From the NCBI GenBank assembly GCA_020047935.1, contig JAIFNC010000284.1:1-34755 (forward strand): a stretch of 34,755 bases of DNA, read 5' to 3'. The notes below the pieces were generated by a model. It was not told the origin of the DNA. It saw nothing but the letters and a program-made list of their open reading frames with translations, and made no database searches. Every line of letters starts with the position of its first letter. The first letter of the stretch is position 1. The position numbers and the translations under genes were made by a program. Positions 1 to 9,127 of the stretch are shown here, in pieces. Source of the stretch: Bacteroidota bacterium (GTDB taxonomy: Bacteria > Bacteroidota > Bacteroidia > Bacteroidales > JAIFNC01).

Positions 1-215
1 AAGCCGGCGAATTAAAAATAACTGCATTTGACGTTTTGCAAGCAAACGAAAGCGTAAGCCGAAGTGTAACTCAGTCATACATTGAAGACTCTATAAACAG
101 TGTTTTGCAGCGTTATTATATGCTAACTTTTACCTACAATCTGCGCACTTTTCAGCAAGGAAACCGCATGGAAATGGAGCGAGGCAGAAATTTTGAACGC
201 ATGCACGACCATTAA
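1..215 (+). CDS. Partial (3' end) outer-membrane beta-barrel protein, TonB-dependent-receptor-like
   Basis: Frame from nt 3 reads AGELKITAFDVLQANESVSRSVTQSYIEDSINSVLQRYYMLTFTYNLRTFQQ...HDH*, with TAA at 213-215. The 'LQRY.MLTFTYNL' last-strand pattern is typical of Bacteroidota OM beta-barrel family proteins. Confidence 0.7.
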   Translation, partial: AGELKITAFDVLQANESVSRSVTQSYIEDSINSVLQRYYMLTFTYNLRTFQQGNRMEMERGRNFERMHDH

Positions 216-225
216 TTTTATTTTT

Positions 226-297
226 TGTTGAAAAAAGGCGACAATTTACCAATTGGTTTTTAAACTTAAGCCGGTTATTGAGCCTTTTTATTCAACA
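226..297 (+). terminator. Long imperfect hairpin after the beta-barrel gene (possible terminator or stabilising stem)
   Basis: TGTTGAAAAAAGGC...CAAT pairs with ATTG.GCCTTTTTATTCAACA. Confidence 0.4.
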
Positions 298-444
298 TAA
301 ATGCATACAAAAAAAGTTAATAATTATCTGATTTTAAATGACTAACAACCTAATGATATAATTTTTTGTTAAATAAAAATTATTATTTGTTAAAGTCGGT
401 AAGTAGGTTTAATTTTAGCCGGTCAAATTAAAACAAAAAAAATA

Positions 445-1053
445 ATGACAATAACAAAGGATAAAGTAGTTTCAGTTTCGTATCAATTACGAGCTACTGA
501 CGGTGAGTTGATTGAAAGTGTAGATACCAGCCGCCCATTTATGTTTTTATATGGTGTTGGAAATATGATTCCGAAATTCGAAGAAAATTTGGCAGGAATG
601 AAAGAAGGTTCGAAATTCGATTTCGTTATTGTTGCCAATGAGGCATATGGTCCGGTAAATGACGATGCAATTGTTGAATTGCCTACCGATATTTTTAAAG
701 TTGACGGTGTTATTGACGAAGATTTGCTAATTATTGGCAATACAGTTCCGATGCAAGACCCTCAAGGACACAAATTTAACGGAATAGTGAAAGCCTTGGG
801 CGAAAATTCGGTAACTATGGATTTTAACCACCCGTTGGCAGGTGTAGATTTGCATTTTACCGGCGAGGTTTTCGGTATTCGCGAGGCTACCGAAGAAGAA
901 TTGAGCCACGGTCATATTCACGGTGCAGGCGGACACGACCATGGTCATGACCACGGCGGTTGCGGTTGCGGCGATGGCGGTTGTAACGACGACAGCTGCG
1001 GTTGCGAAGATGAAAAAGAAGAATCGTGCGGTTCGGGTTGCGGTTGCCACTAA
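445..1053 (+). CDS. slyD: FKBP-type peptidyl-prolyl cis-trans isomerase SlyD with His/Cys-rich metal-binding tail
   Basis: Motifs EAYG, DFNHPLAG and REATEEELSHGHIHG, followed by a His/Gly/Cys-rich C-terminus. Confidence 0.95.
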   Translation: MTITKDKVVSVSYQLRATDGELIESVDTSRPFMFLYGVGNMIPKFEENLAGMKEGSKFDFVIVANEAYGPVNDDAIVELPTDIFKVDGVIDEDLLIIGNTVPMQDPQGHKFNGIVKALGENSVTMDFNHPLAGVDLHFTGEVFGIREATEEELSHGHIHGAGGHDHGHDHGGCGCGDGGCNDDSCGCEDEKEESCGSGCGCH

Positions 1054-1077
1054 ATTGTGCTTAACTTACCCCAACAA

Positions 1078-1869
1078 ATGAACCTTACGGTGGTTGTTTC
1101 GTATTATAAGGCCTTGGAGAATTTAAAAATTATTCTTCAAGCGCTTAATAACCAAAGTGCAGCTAACTTTGAAGTAATAGTTTCGGAAGACGATTTTAAT
1201 GAGCAAACGGTTTTATTTTTAAACGAAAATAGGACAAACTATAAATTCGAAATTTTGCATCTTCATCAAACGGAAGATCATGGTTTCAGAAAAAATAAAA
1301 TGCTCAATAAATGTTTGCTTGCCTGCCGAACCGATTATATAGCTTTTATTGATGGCGATTGCATTCCGCATACCCATTTTGTAAAAGAATATATTCGAAA
1401 CGCAGAACCGGGATATTACATTTCGGGGCGAGCAGTGCTACTTGGCGAAAAAACAACCGAAGCATTCAAACGACACCAAAACTTGGCTAAATTGAGCTTT
1501 TGTAAGCTTATTTTTACCGATTCCGAAAAAATAAAGGACGGAATTTATAGTCCCGTGCTGCCGTTTTCGGCAAAAAGTCGTGGTTTGGTGGGCAGAAATT
1601 GGGGTATACATAAAAAACATTTGTTCGAAATTAATGGTTTCGACGAAGATTATCAAGAAGCCGGAGTAGGAGAGGACACCGATGTTGAATGGCGATTAAG
1701 TGCCAATGGAATAAAACGCAAAAGCGTTAAAAACAAAGCTATTGTGTATCATTTATTCCACAAAAGAGGCTACTCCGACGAAGGTGTTCAGCGTAATTAC
1801 CAAAAAATGTTTGCTAAGCAAAAAGCAAATACGGTTAAATGCCATAATGGAATCGAAAAACTAAAATAA
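1078..1869 (+). CDS. Glycosyltransferase family 2 with GT7/galactosyltransferase-like C-terminal domain
   Basis: EVIVSEDD, FIDGDC (DxD), INGFDEDY, GEDTDV and VYHLFH motifs. Start is ATG 1078 or GTG 1057. Confidence 0.9.
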   Translation: MNLTVVVSYYKALENLKIILQALNNQSAANFEVIVSEDDFNEQTVLFLNENRTNYKFEILHLHQTEDHGFRKNKMLNKCLLACRTDYIAFIDGDCIPHTHFVKEYIRNAEPGYYISGRAVLLGEKTTEAFKRHQNLAKLSFCKLIFTDSEKIKDGIYSPVLPFSAKSRGLVGRNWGIHKKHLFEINGFDEDYQEAGVGEDTDVEWRLSANGIKRKSVKNKAIVYHLFHKRGYSDEGVQRNYQKMFAKQKANTVKCHNGIEKLK

Positions 1870-1914
1870 TTCACAGGTTAGTTGAATTAATACTGTTGAA
1901 AAATTCAAATAAAT

Positions 1915-1947
1915 AAAACCTGATAGATTCGTCTGTCAGGTTTTTTT
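1915..1947 (+). terminator. Rho-independent terminator of slyD-GT2
   Basis: AAAACCTGATAGA-TTCG-TCTGTCAGG followed by T7. Confidence 0.85.
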
Positions 1948-1980
1948 GTTAGTGGTTAGAATTAGTAAATTGTGGATTTC

Positions 1981-2022
1981 AAAAAAATACCCGACATGCA
2001 TTTACGGTCGGGTACTTTTTTT
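1981..2022 (-). terminator. Rho-independent (bidirectional-type) terminator of the DPP-IV gene
   Basis: A7-TACCCGAC...GTCGGGTA-CT7, 7 nt past the stop at 2029. Confidence 0.8.
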
Positions 2023-2028
2023 AGTTGG

Positions 2029-4158
2029 TTACAAAAAATCGTCGAAAAATTGGGTAATTTTACGCATTAAGTTCACGCGGTCTTTTCCGCGCACATTATG
2101 TTCGTGTCCCGGGTAAACATAGTAATCGGCTATAACATCCGCTTTTACACATTCTTTCAAAAACTGCAAGCTGTGTTGCCAAACTACGGTATTGTCAATA
2201 TCGCCATGTATGAGCAATAAACGTCCTTTTAAATTAGCAGCCTTGGTAAGCAACGAATTGTTGGCATACCCGGCAGGGTTTTCTTGCGGAGTGTCCATGT
2301 AACGTTCGCCATACATAACTTCGTAGTATTTCCAATCAATTACCGGACCGCCGGCAGCACCAACTTTAAACACCGTGGCATGGTTTAGCATAAGCGAAGT
2401 CGTCATATAACCACCATAGCTCCAACCGTGTACTCCAATTCTGTCCATATCGGCATAGCCTAAGCTTTTCAAGTATTCAATACCTTTAAGTTGGTCGGCC
2501 ATTTCTGCGGTTCCTATATTTCGGTGTATTATGCTTTCAAATTCGAAACCTCTGCCAGCCGAGCCTCGGTTGTCAATAGTTAGCATAATATAACCTTTTT
2601 GCGCCATAAACAAATCCCAGCCCGGAACACTCCATGTGTTTTTAACTAACTGAGCATGAGGACCGCCATAAACGTACACAATTACCGGATATTTCTTTTT
2701 TGGGTCAAAATTCAACGGCAAAATTAACCGTCCGTACAAATCGGTTTTACCGTCGGCAGATTTTATGGTAATCATTTTTACTTCGCCCGTTTTAATATCT
2801 TTAAGCGGATTTACTGCTTCGAGCATTTTTTTTCTGAGTTTACCTTCCGAATCCATTACCTGCATAATTCGCGGAGTTTCGCGGTTGGTAAAATTATCGA
2901 CAAAGTAGCCGGTCGAATTATTGAATGTTATCGAGTGTACTCCACTGCCTTCGGTAAGCTTGGTTATAGTTCCGGTGCTTAGTTCAATGCGGTACAAATC
3001 GGCATTGCGAGGGTCTTCTTTGGTTGCAGTTATAAACACATGAAAACCGGCAGCATCAAAGCCCAAAACCTCGTTTACTACCCAAGCACCCGAAGTTAAT
3101 TGTTTGAGCATTTGCCCGCTGTTGTCGTACAAATATAAATGGTTGTAACCGTCGCGTTCGCTTTGCCAAATAAATTTGGTATTGTCTTTCGGTAAAAATA
3201 AAGCAGGATTTTCCGGTTCAACATACCGCGAATTTTCCTCGGTAAATAAGGTTGCAATAAAATTACCGTTGTCGGCATTATAGGCATTAAATTGCATTTT
3301 GTTTTGCTCGCGGTTAAGCACAGCTATATATACAATGGTGCTTTCGGGGTTCCAAGCAATGTTGGTTAAATATTGCTCACTTTTATCGCCGGTTTTTAAC
3401 ACTATCGATTTTCCGGTTGCCGGCGAATAAACCATTAGTTTAACTTCTTCGCTTTTTTCGCCCGCCATTGGGTATTTAATGTTTTCGAGCTTTGCTATTC
3501 GCTCTTCAACATGCACCAGCGGGTAATCGGCTACAAAAGTTTCATCTTTTTTATAGAAAGCCAATTTACTGCCGTCGGGCGACCAAAAAGTACCTTTGCT
3601 TATTCCAAATTCATTTCGGTGAACTGTTTGACCGTTTACAATTCCCGAATTTACATCGGTAGTTACCGGTACACTGTTGCCATTGGGCGAGGCAATATAC
3701 AAATTGTTCAACACAGTGTAAGCCAGTAAGTTTTGTTTTGGGTTGAAATCGAAATTGGCTGCATTTTCCGGATATTCGAACACACTTTCAAATTGTTTTG
3801 CTTTCAAGTTAAAAACAAAATGGGTCGAATTTGCAGCAAAAAGCAAGGTGTTTCTGTCTATCCATTCAAAAGGCGGAATTGTTTTCAATTCTTTCATCTG
3901 TTTAGCCTGAAACGCAAGGTTTAATTGCGCAAGGGTTAGCGCATCGGTTTCGGTGCCGCCCGAAGCATTCAGAAAAACCAAACTGCTGCCTTTATGAATG
4001 CATAAATTATTCGCATCGGGCTGCCAGCCGTTTAATCGAATGTTTTCAGCATACGAATACCATCCGCTAATTGCATTTTCCAAGGTCAGTCCGGTGTTCT
4101 GAGCCATAGTAGGAAACACAAAAAGCGTTGATAACAAAATAGTTAAAATTTTTTTCAT
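2029..4158 (-). CDS. Dipeptidyl peptidase IV / prolyl tripeptidyl peptidase family (S9B) serine peptidase
   Basis: Signal peptide, DPPIV_N beta-propeller (FWSPDG, YPMAG), catalytic GWSYGG, HGDIDNTV and YPGHEH. Confidence 0.93.
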   Translation of the reverse strand: MKKILTILLSTLFVFPTMAQNTGLTLENAISGWYSYAENIRLNGWQPDANNLCIHKGSSLVFLNASGGTETDALTLAQLNLAFQAKQMKELKTIPPFEWIDRNTLLFAANSTHFVFNLKAKQFESVFEYPENAANFDFNPKQNLLAYTVLNNLYIASPNGNSVPVTTDVNSGIVNGQTVHRNEFGISKGTFWSPDGSKLAFYKKDETFVADYPLVHVEERIAKLENIKYPMAGEKSEEVKLMVYSPATGKSIVLKTGDKSEQYLTNIAWNPESTIVYIAVLNREQNKMQFNAYNADNGNFIATLFTEENSRYVEPENPALFLPKDNTKFIWQSERDGYNHLYLYDNSGQMLKQLTSGAWVVNEVLGFDAAGFHVFITATKEDPRNADLYRIELSTGTITKLTEGSGVHSITFNNSTGYFVDNFTNRETPRIMQVMDSEGKLRKKMLEAVNPLKDIKTGEVKMITIKSADGKTDLYGRLILPLNFDPKKKYPVIVYVYGGPHAQLVKNTWSVPGWDLFMAQKGYIMLTIDNRGSAGRGFEFESIIHRNIGTAEMADQLKGIEYLKSLGYADMDRIGVHGWSYGGYMTTSLMLNHATVFKVGAAGGPVIDWKYYEVMYGERYMDTPQENPAGYANNSLLTKAANLKGRLLLIHGDIDNTVVWQHSLQFLKECVKADVIADYYVYPGHEHNVRGKDRVNLMRKITQFFDDFL

Positions 4159-4410
4159 AAATTATCTTTTTTTTGTATATTTTAATGCAAATTAAATTAA
4201 ATTTACACAAACCTTAGCATGGTTTTTAAATTTTGGTAATATTCCGAAAATTAGCTTTTTTTGTAATTATTTTAACAAAAAAAACAGGTAAATTTTAAAA
4301 TTATAGTTGAACAGAAAATTATTATAAACAAACAAAATTAAAATCGTTATAAACTTTGACGATTCAATTTTTTTTCATTACTTGCAATGCATAAAAACTA
4401 CAGTCAAAAA

Positions 4411-5319
4411 ATGAGCATACGAATTAAAAGCTTACTGATAGTTCCTGCTTTAGTGGGACTAATTTTGTTTACCGGCGGCTGTAAAAATGAGCCAAAAACC
4501 GACAACGACGAACTAAACAGTTTAATTCAGCCCGATGCCGAGTCCAGTCCGGTAATAAAAATAAATAACCGACTTTTCAGCGTGCCTTCGCCTGTGCAAA
4601 TTTCGCAATTGGTAAAATCGGTTAATCAGCCCTTCAACTCCGATATGTTGAATCCGGCTGAAAAGGTTTCTAATTATACCGAAACCATGAAACGCGCACT
4701 TAATTTGGGCGCTTACGGTGCCGATTTAAGCTATTTGAACATTTACGAGCGCTTGCCCGAAGCGGCTGCCTACTTTGCGGTGGTTAAGCAACTGTCCGAC
4801 GAATTAGGTATTACCGCCACTTTCGACAAAGAAACCATGAAACGAATTGAAAACAACAATTCGAATAAAGATTCGCTGCTTCGTATTTTTTCTACTATTT
4901 ACCGCGATGCCGATGCTTTTTTAATGAATAACGAACGCAACGAAGTTGCCGTGCTTATTCTTACCGGCGGATGGATTGAAAGTTTGTACTTTTTAACACA
5001 AATGGTTACCACAAACAAAAACCAAGATATTATTAATCGAATTGGCGAACAAAAATATCCGCTCGACAATTTGAACAGTATTATTACTCCGTATTACGGA
5101 AATTATTCGGAGGAGTTTGATGCACTCATTGAACAAATGGTTGAACTGGCTTATGTTTTTGATGGCGTTCAAATTGATTATACCTACGAACCACCTACAA
5201 TTGATGTGGCAAATAAAATAACGGTTATCAATAGTACCTCAAAAACAACGATTTCCGATTATCAATTGAAAAAAATTTCGGAACTTACCCAAATTTTGCG
5301 AAATAAAATTGTAAATTAA
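4411..5319 (+). CDS. Uncharacterised lipoprotein, largely helical
   Basis: Lipoprotein signal ...LILFTGG-C-KNEPK and a long open frame. Alternative start at ATG 4387. Confidence 0.75.
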   Translation: MSIRIKSLLIVPALVGLILFTGGCKNEPKTDNDELNSLIQPDAESSPVIKINNRLFSVPSPVQISQLVKSVNQPFNSDMLNPAEKVSNYTETMKRALNLGAYGADLSYLNIYERLPEAAAYFAVVKQLSDELGITATFDKETMKRIENNNSNKDSLLRIFSTIYRDADAFLMNNERNEVAVLILTGGWIESLYFLTQMVTTNKNQDIINRIGEQKYPLDNLNSIITPYYGNYSEEFDALIEQMVELAYVFDGVQIDYTYEPPTIDVANKITVINSTSKTTISDYQLKKISELTQILRNKIVN

Positions 5320-5374
5320 CGTATAAGGTAAAGCAGCTCTTTTTAAAAACAGGTATTAACTAAAATTAAATAGA

Positions 5375-5815
5375 ATGAAACGTTTTCATTTATCGATATT
5401 TACGGAATTCAAATTGCTTATGGTTGCTGCCGTTTTGTTATTCGCAAATTCGGCTTTTGCCCAAGAGCAAAATATTATAAAACTTTGCGATAAGTATTTG
5501 CAAGCGCCCTACATTTCCGATGGGCAACAGTACAAAGCCCTGCTTGCCGACGACGAATTGGCAGAGTTTCGCGCTACTTTTTACGGCGGAAGTGTATACC
5601 GCATTGTTAGTTGTTCGAGTTTAAAAGAAGGCAATATTGTGTTTGCTGTGTACGATAAAGAACGTAACTTGTTGTTTTCGAGCAAAGATTACCAAAATGC
5701 ACCCTATTGGGATTTTAAATTTAAAACCACTACCGATTGTATAATTGAAGCTGAAATTAATTCGAAAACCGAAAAATCGGGCTACGCAATTTTACTCATA
5801 GGGTTCAAGCAATAA
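5375..5815 (+). CDS. Uncharacterised secreted small beta-rich protein (PPC-like sandwich suspected)
   Basis: Sec signal ending SAFA-Q, alternating beta-strand pattern (YRIVSC, VFAVYD, CIIEAEI, AILLIGFK) and three Cys. Confidence 0.7.
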   Translation: MKRFHLSIFTEFKLLMVAAVLLFANSAFAQEQNIIKLCDKYLQAPYISDGQQYKALLADDELAEFRATFYGGSVYRIVSCSSLKEGNIVFAVYDKERNLLFSSKDYQNAPYWDFKFKTTTDCIIEAEINSKTEKSGYAILLIGFKQ

Positions 5816-5833
5816 CCAAAGGTAAAAACCGGT

Positions 5834-5882
5834 AAAATATCAAGTACTGATTTTTTGAACTATGTACTTGATATTTTTTTTT
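5834..5882 (+). terminator. Intra-cluster hairpin plus U-tract (terminator/attenuator) before the ABC gene
   Basis: Perfect 14-bp stem AAAATATCAAGTAC / GTACTTGATATTTT, 16-nt loop, T9 tract. Confidence 0.65.
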
Positions 5883-5912
5883 GAAGTTTTATTCTAATTT
5901 CAACGTAGAACA

Positions 5913-8900
5913 ATGAGCGAACGAATTCTGAAAGCTTTGATGCAATTATTTGCAATTATTGCCGACCCTGAGAACGATACGGTTGACAGGAGAAGCGTTG
6001 TTGAAAATTTTTTGCAGCAACAGCTTAATACCGAATTGGTTAAGCTCTATATGGATTTGTTCGACGGTTTTTTGGAATCAAATCAGGAAAAGCAAGTTAA
6101 GCGTTCAAAAAAGAAAGTATATTCGTCGAATTCGGTTCGTGTACTTAAACTTTGTACCGAAATTAACCAAGAACTTACCAAAAAGCAAAAAATAGTTTTA
6201 ATCATTCGGCTCCTCGAATTTATCAGAACCGATTCGGGAGAGGTTACCGAAAATGAAATTGATTTTGTTAATACCGTGGCTTCAACTTTTAATATTATCG
6301 ACCATGAATACAACAATTTACGGTCGTTTATTATAAAACATACCATTGAAGACATTTCGGGCAACGAAATTTTGCTTATCGACGATAATAGATACAACGA
6401 TGCGGATAATAGAATTTATACCGAATCGTTGCGCGGGCAAATTAGAATTTTAAACATTGCCTCGGTAGGCAGTTACATTATGCGGTACTTGGGCGACGAT
6501 GAGTTGTACCTAAACGGGCAACTTTTAAACCACGGGCGGTCGTATATTATTAATGTAGGCTCTTCGCTTCGAAATTCGAAAATCAAACCAATTTACTATT
6601 CCGATATTGTAAGCGTATTTAATACAAACGACAGCGGTGTCGGAATCGATTTCGAAGTCCATCATATCACTCATCGGTTTTCCAACGGCAAAATAGGTAT
6701 TCACGATATAAGCTTTAGTGAAGAGGAAGGCAAATTGGTTGGTATAATGGGCGTTAGCGGTTCAGGTAAAACTACCTTGCTTAGCGTTTTGAACGGTTCC
6801 GAAAAGCCGGCTGAAGGGCATGTATTAATTAACGGTAAAGATATTCACTCAAAAAACGACGAAATTAACGGATTAATTGGCTATGTGTCGCAAGACGATT
6901 TGCTGATTGAGGAACTTACCGTTTTTCAGAACTTATATTATAATGCAAAACTTTGTTTCGGCAATTATTCCGAACGCAGAATAATTCGTTCGGTACTACT
7001 AATGTTGCATAGTCTTGGTTTGTACGAAATTAAAGATATTATGGTTGGTTCGCCCCTCATTAAACGAATAAGCGGAGGGCAACGCAAACGATTAAATATA
7101 GCCCTTGAACTTATTCGCGAGCCGGCGGTACTTTTTTTAGACGAACCTACTTCCGGTCTTTCTTCGCGCGATTCGGAGAATATTTTGGATTTGCTCAAAG
7201 AGCTAACTTTGCGCGGAAAGCTGGTGTTTGTAGTTATTCACCAGCCATCGTCGGATATTTTTAAAATGTTCGATAAGCTTTTACTGCTCGATACCGGCGG
7301 ACATTTAATTTACAACGGCGACCCGGTTGATTCGATAGTTTATTTCAAATCGCGCGTTAAGCAAGCCGACTGGAACGAAAGCGAATGCCATGCATGCGGT
7401 AATGTGAACCCCGAACAATTATTTAACATTGTAGAGTCAAGGGTAATTGATGAATATGGTAATTTTACACGCACACGCAAAACATCGCCCTTAGAGTGGG
7501 CTAAATTTTTTAAGCAATTTGTGGGCGACCAGCATGGCGATGAAAAACAATATGGAAGCTTGCCAAAAATTTCCTTTAATATTCCTAACGGTCTAAAGCA
7601 GTTCTTTGTTTTTACCATTCGCGATGTGTTGTCGAAACTTGCCAACAAACAATATCTTGCATTAAATTTGCTGTTATCGCCTATTTTGGCTATAGCGCTT
7701 AGTTTTATTATAAAATACTACCAAGAAGGCGAGGATTACGAGTTTATCGACAATAGCAACCTGCCGGTTTATATATTTATGTCGGTTATTGTAGCGCTAT
7801 TTATTGGTCTTACGGTAAGTGCCGAGGAAATTATAAAAGACCGAAAAATACGAAAACGCGAAAAATTTCTGAATCTGAGTCGGAATAGTTATTTACTCTC
7901 GAAAGTGTTTATTTTAATCGGCATTTCAGCATTGCAATCGTTTTTGTTTGTTGTGTTGGGAAATTCAATTATCGAAATAAAAGGCATGTATTTAGAATAT
8001 TGGCTTATGCTTTTTACCGTTTGGATAAGTGCCAATTTGGTGGGTCTAAATGTTTCAGATACGTTTAAAACTACGGTTAACATTTATATACTTATTCCGT
8101 TTTTAATTATACCGCAAATTATTTTAAGTGGTGTTTTAGTGCAGTTCGATAAGCTAAACCCAATAATTTCGCGACCCGGAACCATTCCATGGTACGGCGA
8201 ATTTATAACCGCTCGTTGGGCGTATGAAGGTTTGGCGGTTAATCAGTTTGTTAATAATAGCTACGAAAAAGATTTATATGTTTTCGATAAAATTAAAGCT
8301 CGATGCGAGATAATGAATAATGTGCTTATAGGCAGATTGCAATTGCATGCCGATGAGGTACTTGCGCAAATAAACAAGCCGGAAAAAGACGAAAAGTTCG
8401 AAAAATCGTTGGCTATTTTGCGAAATGAAGTGGTTAAAGAATTAAAAGTAAATAAGTTTTTTAGCTTGGAAGCAGTAGATAATTTGTATTTGGACAAAGT
8501 GCAGGAAGTTGATATTGACATGGTTAAGATTTACCTCGATCAAATAAACAATTACTATAAGCAGTTGTATGTACGTGCCGAACGTTCGAGTGACGAAACA
8601 GTGTCCAAAAGGCAGAAAACGGCGGAAGAAAAAAACGCCTTTATTAAGTTAAAACGCGATAATTATAACCAATCGTTGTACGAAATAGTTACCAATTCAA
8701 AAGATTATACAAGAATAGTTGAGCATGGTAACGAAATTATTGTCAAAACCAATGCGGTATACTTGGAGCCTAAACCGGGAATTTTTGGTGCTCATTTTTA
8801 TGCACCGGTTAAAAAGGTAGGAAATTTGGAAATTGAAACCTATTGGTATAACTTAATGGTTATATGGGCAATGTCAATTGTTTTGTATGCTACCTTGTAC

Positions 8901-8966
8901 TTTAGAGTATTGGCGCGAATTCTCGATTTTCGTGAGCGTATTGATAAAAACGAACCTGCCGATTAG
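5913..8966 (+). CDS. Fused ABC half-transporter (ABCG/White-like NBD-TMD order) with N-terminal TerB-like and FHA-like regions
   Basis: Walker A GVSGSGKTT, signature ISGGQRKR, Walker B FLDEPTSGL, H-loop IHQP, ABC2-type membrane domain (EEIIKDRKI...RE, ARWAYEGL) and a ~240-aa N-terminal extension. Confidence 0.88.
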   Translation: MSERILKALMQLFAIIADPENDTVDRRSVVENFLQQQLNTELVKLYMDLFDGFLESNQEKQVKRSKKKVYSSNSVRVLKLCTEINQELTKKQKIVLIIRLLEFIRTDSGEVTENEIDFVNTVASTFNIIDHEYNNLRSFIIKHTIEDISGNEILLIDDNRYNDADNRIYTESLRGQIRILNIASVGSYIMRYLGDDELYLNGQLLNHGRSYIINVGSSLRNSKIKPIYYSDIVSVFNTNDSGVGIDFEVHHITHRFSNGKIGIHDISFSEEEGKLVGIMGVSGSGKTTLLSVLNGSEKPAEGHVLINGKDIHSKNDEINGLIGYVSQDDLLIEELTVFQNLYYNAKLCFGNYSERRIIRSVLLMLHSLGLYEIKDIMVGSPLIKRISGGQRKRLNIALELIREPAVLFLDEPTSGLSSRDSENILDLLKELTLRGKLVFVVIHQPSSDIFKMFDKLLLLDTGGHLIYNGDPVDSIVYFKSRVKQADWNESECHACGNVNPEQLFNIVESRVIDEYGNFTRTRKTSPLEWAKFFKQFVGDQHGDEKQYGSLPKISFNIPNGLKQFFVFTIRDVLSKLANKQYLALNLLLSPILAIALSFIIKYYQEGEDYEFIDNSNLPVYIFMSVIVALFIGLTVSAEEIIKDRKIRKREKFLNLSRNSYLLSKVFILIGISALQSFLFVVLGNSIIEIKGMYLEYWLMLFTVWISANLVGLNVSDTFKTTVNIYILIPFLIIPQIILSGVLVQFDKLNPIISRPGTIPWYGEFITARWAYEGLAVNQFVNNSYEKDLYVFDKIKARCEIMNNVLIGRLQLHADEVLAQINKPEKDEKFEKSLAILRNEVVKELKVNKFFSLEAVDNLYLDKVQEVDIDMVKIYLDQINNYYKQLYVRAERSSDETVSKRQKTAEEKNAFIKLKRDNYNQSLYEIVTNSKDYTRIVEHGNEIIVKTNAVYLEPKPGIFGAHFYAPVKKVGNLEIETYWYNLMVIWAMSIVLYATLYFRVLARILDFRERIDKNEPAD

Positions 8967-9010
8967 GGCAATGCGCTCATGGTTTCAATAATTGTACTTG
9001 CGAAATCAAA

Positions 9011-9043
9011 CATTTACAACTATTGTAAAAACAGTTGTAAATG
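9011..9043. terminator. Hairpin between the convergent ABC and siaC genes
   Basis: Perfect 11-bp inverted repeat CATTTACAACT / AGTTGTAAATG. Confidence 0.5.
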
Positions 9044-9053
9044 GCTATCTAAT

Positions 9054-9092
9054 AAAATAAAAACTTAGCGCTTGCATAGTGCAAACGCTAAA
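9054..9092 (-). terminator. Rho-independent terminator of siaB-siaC
   Basis: On the minus strand: TTAGCGTTTGCA-CTA-TGCAAGCGCTAA-GTTTTTATTTT. Confidence 0.75.
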
Positions 9093-9127
9093 TTCCTTTG
9101 TTTTAAACTATATAAACCACCTGACCA

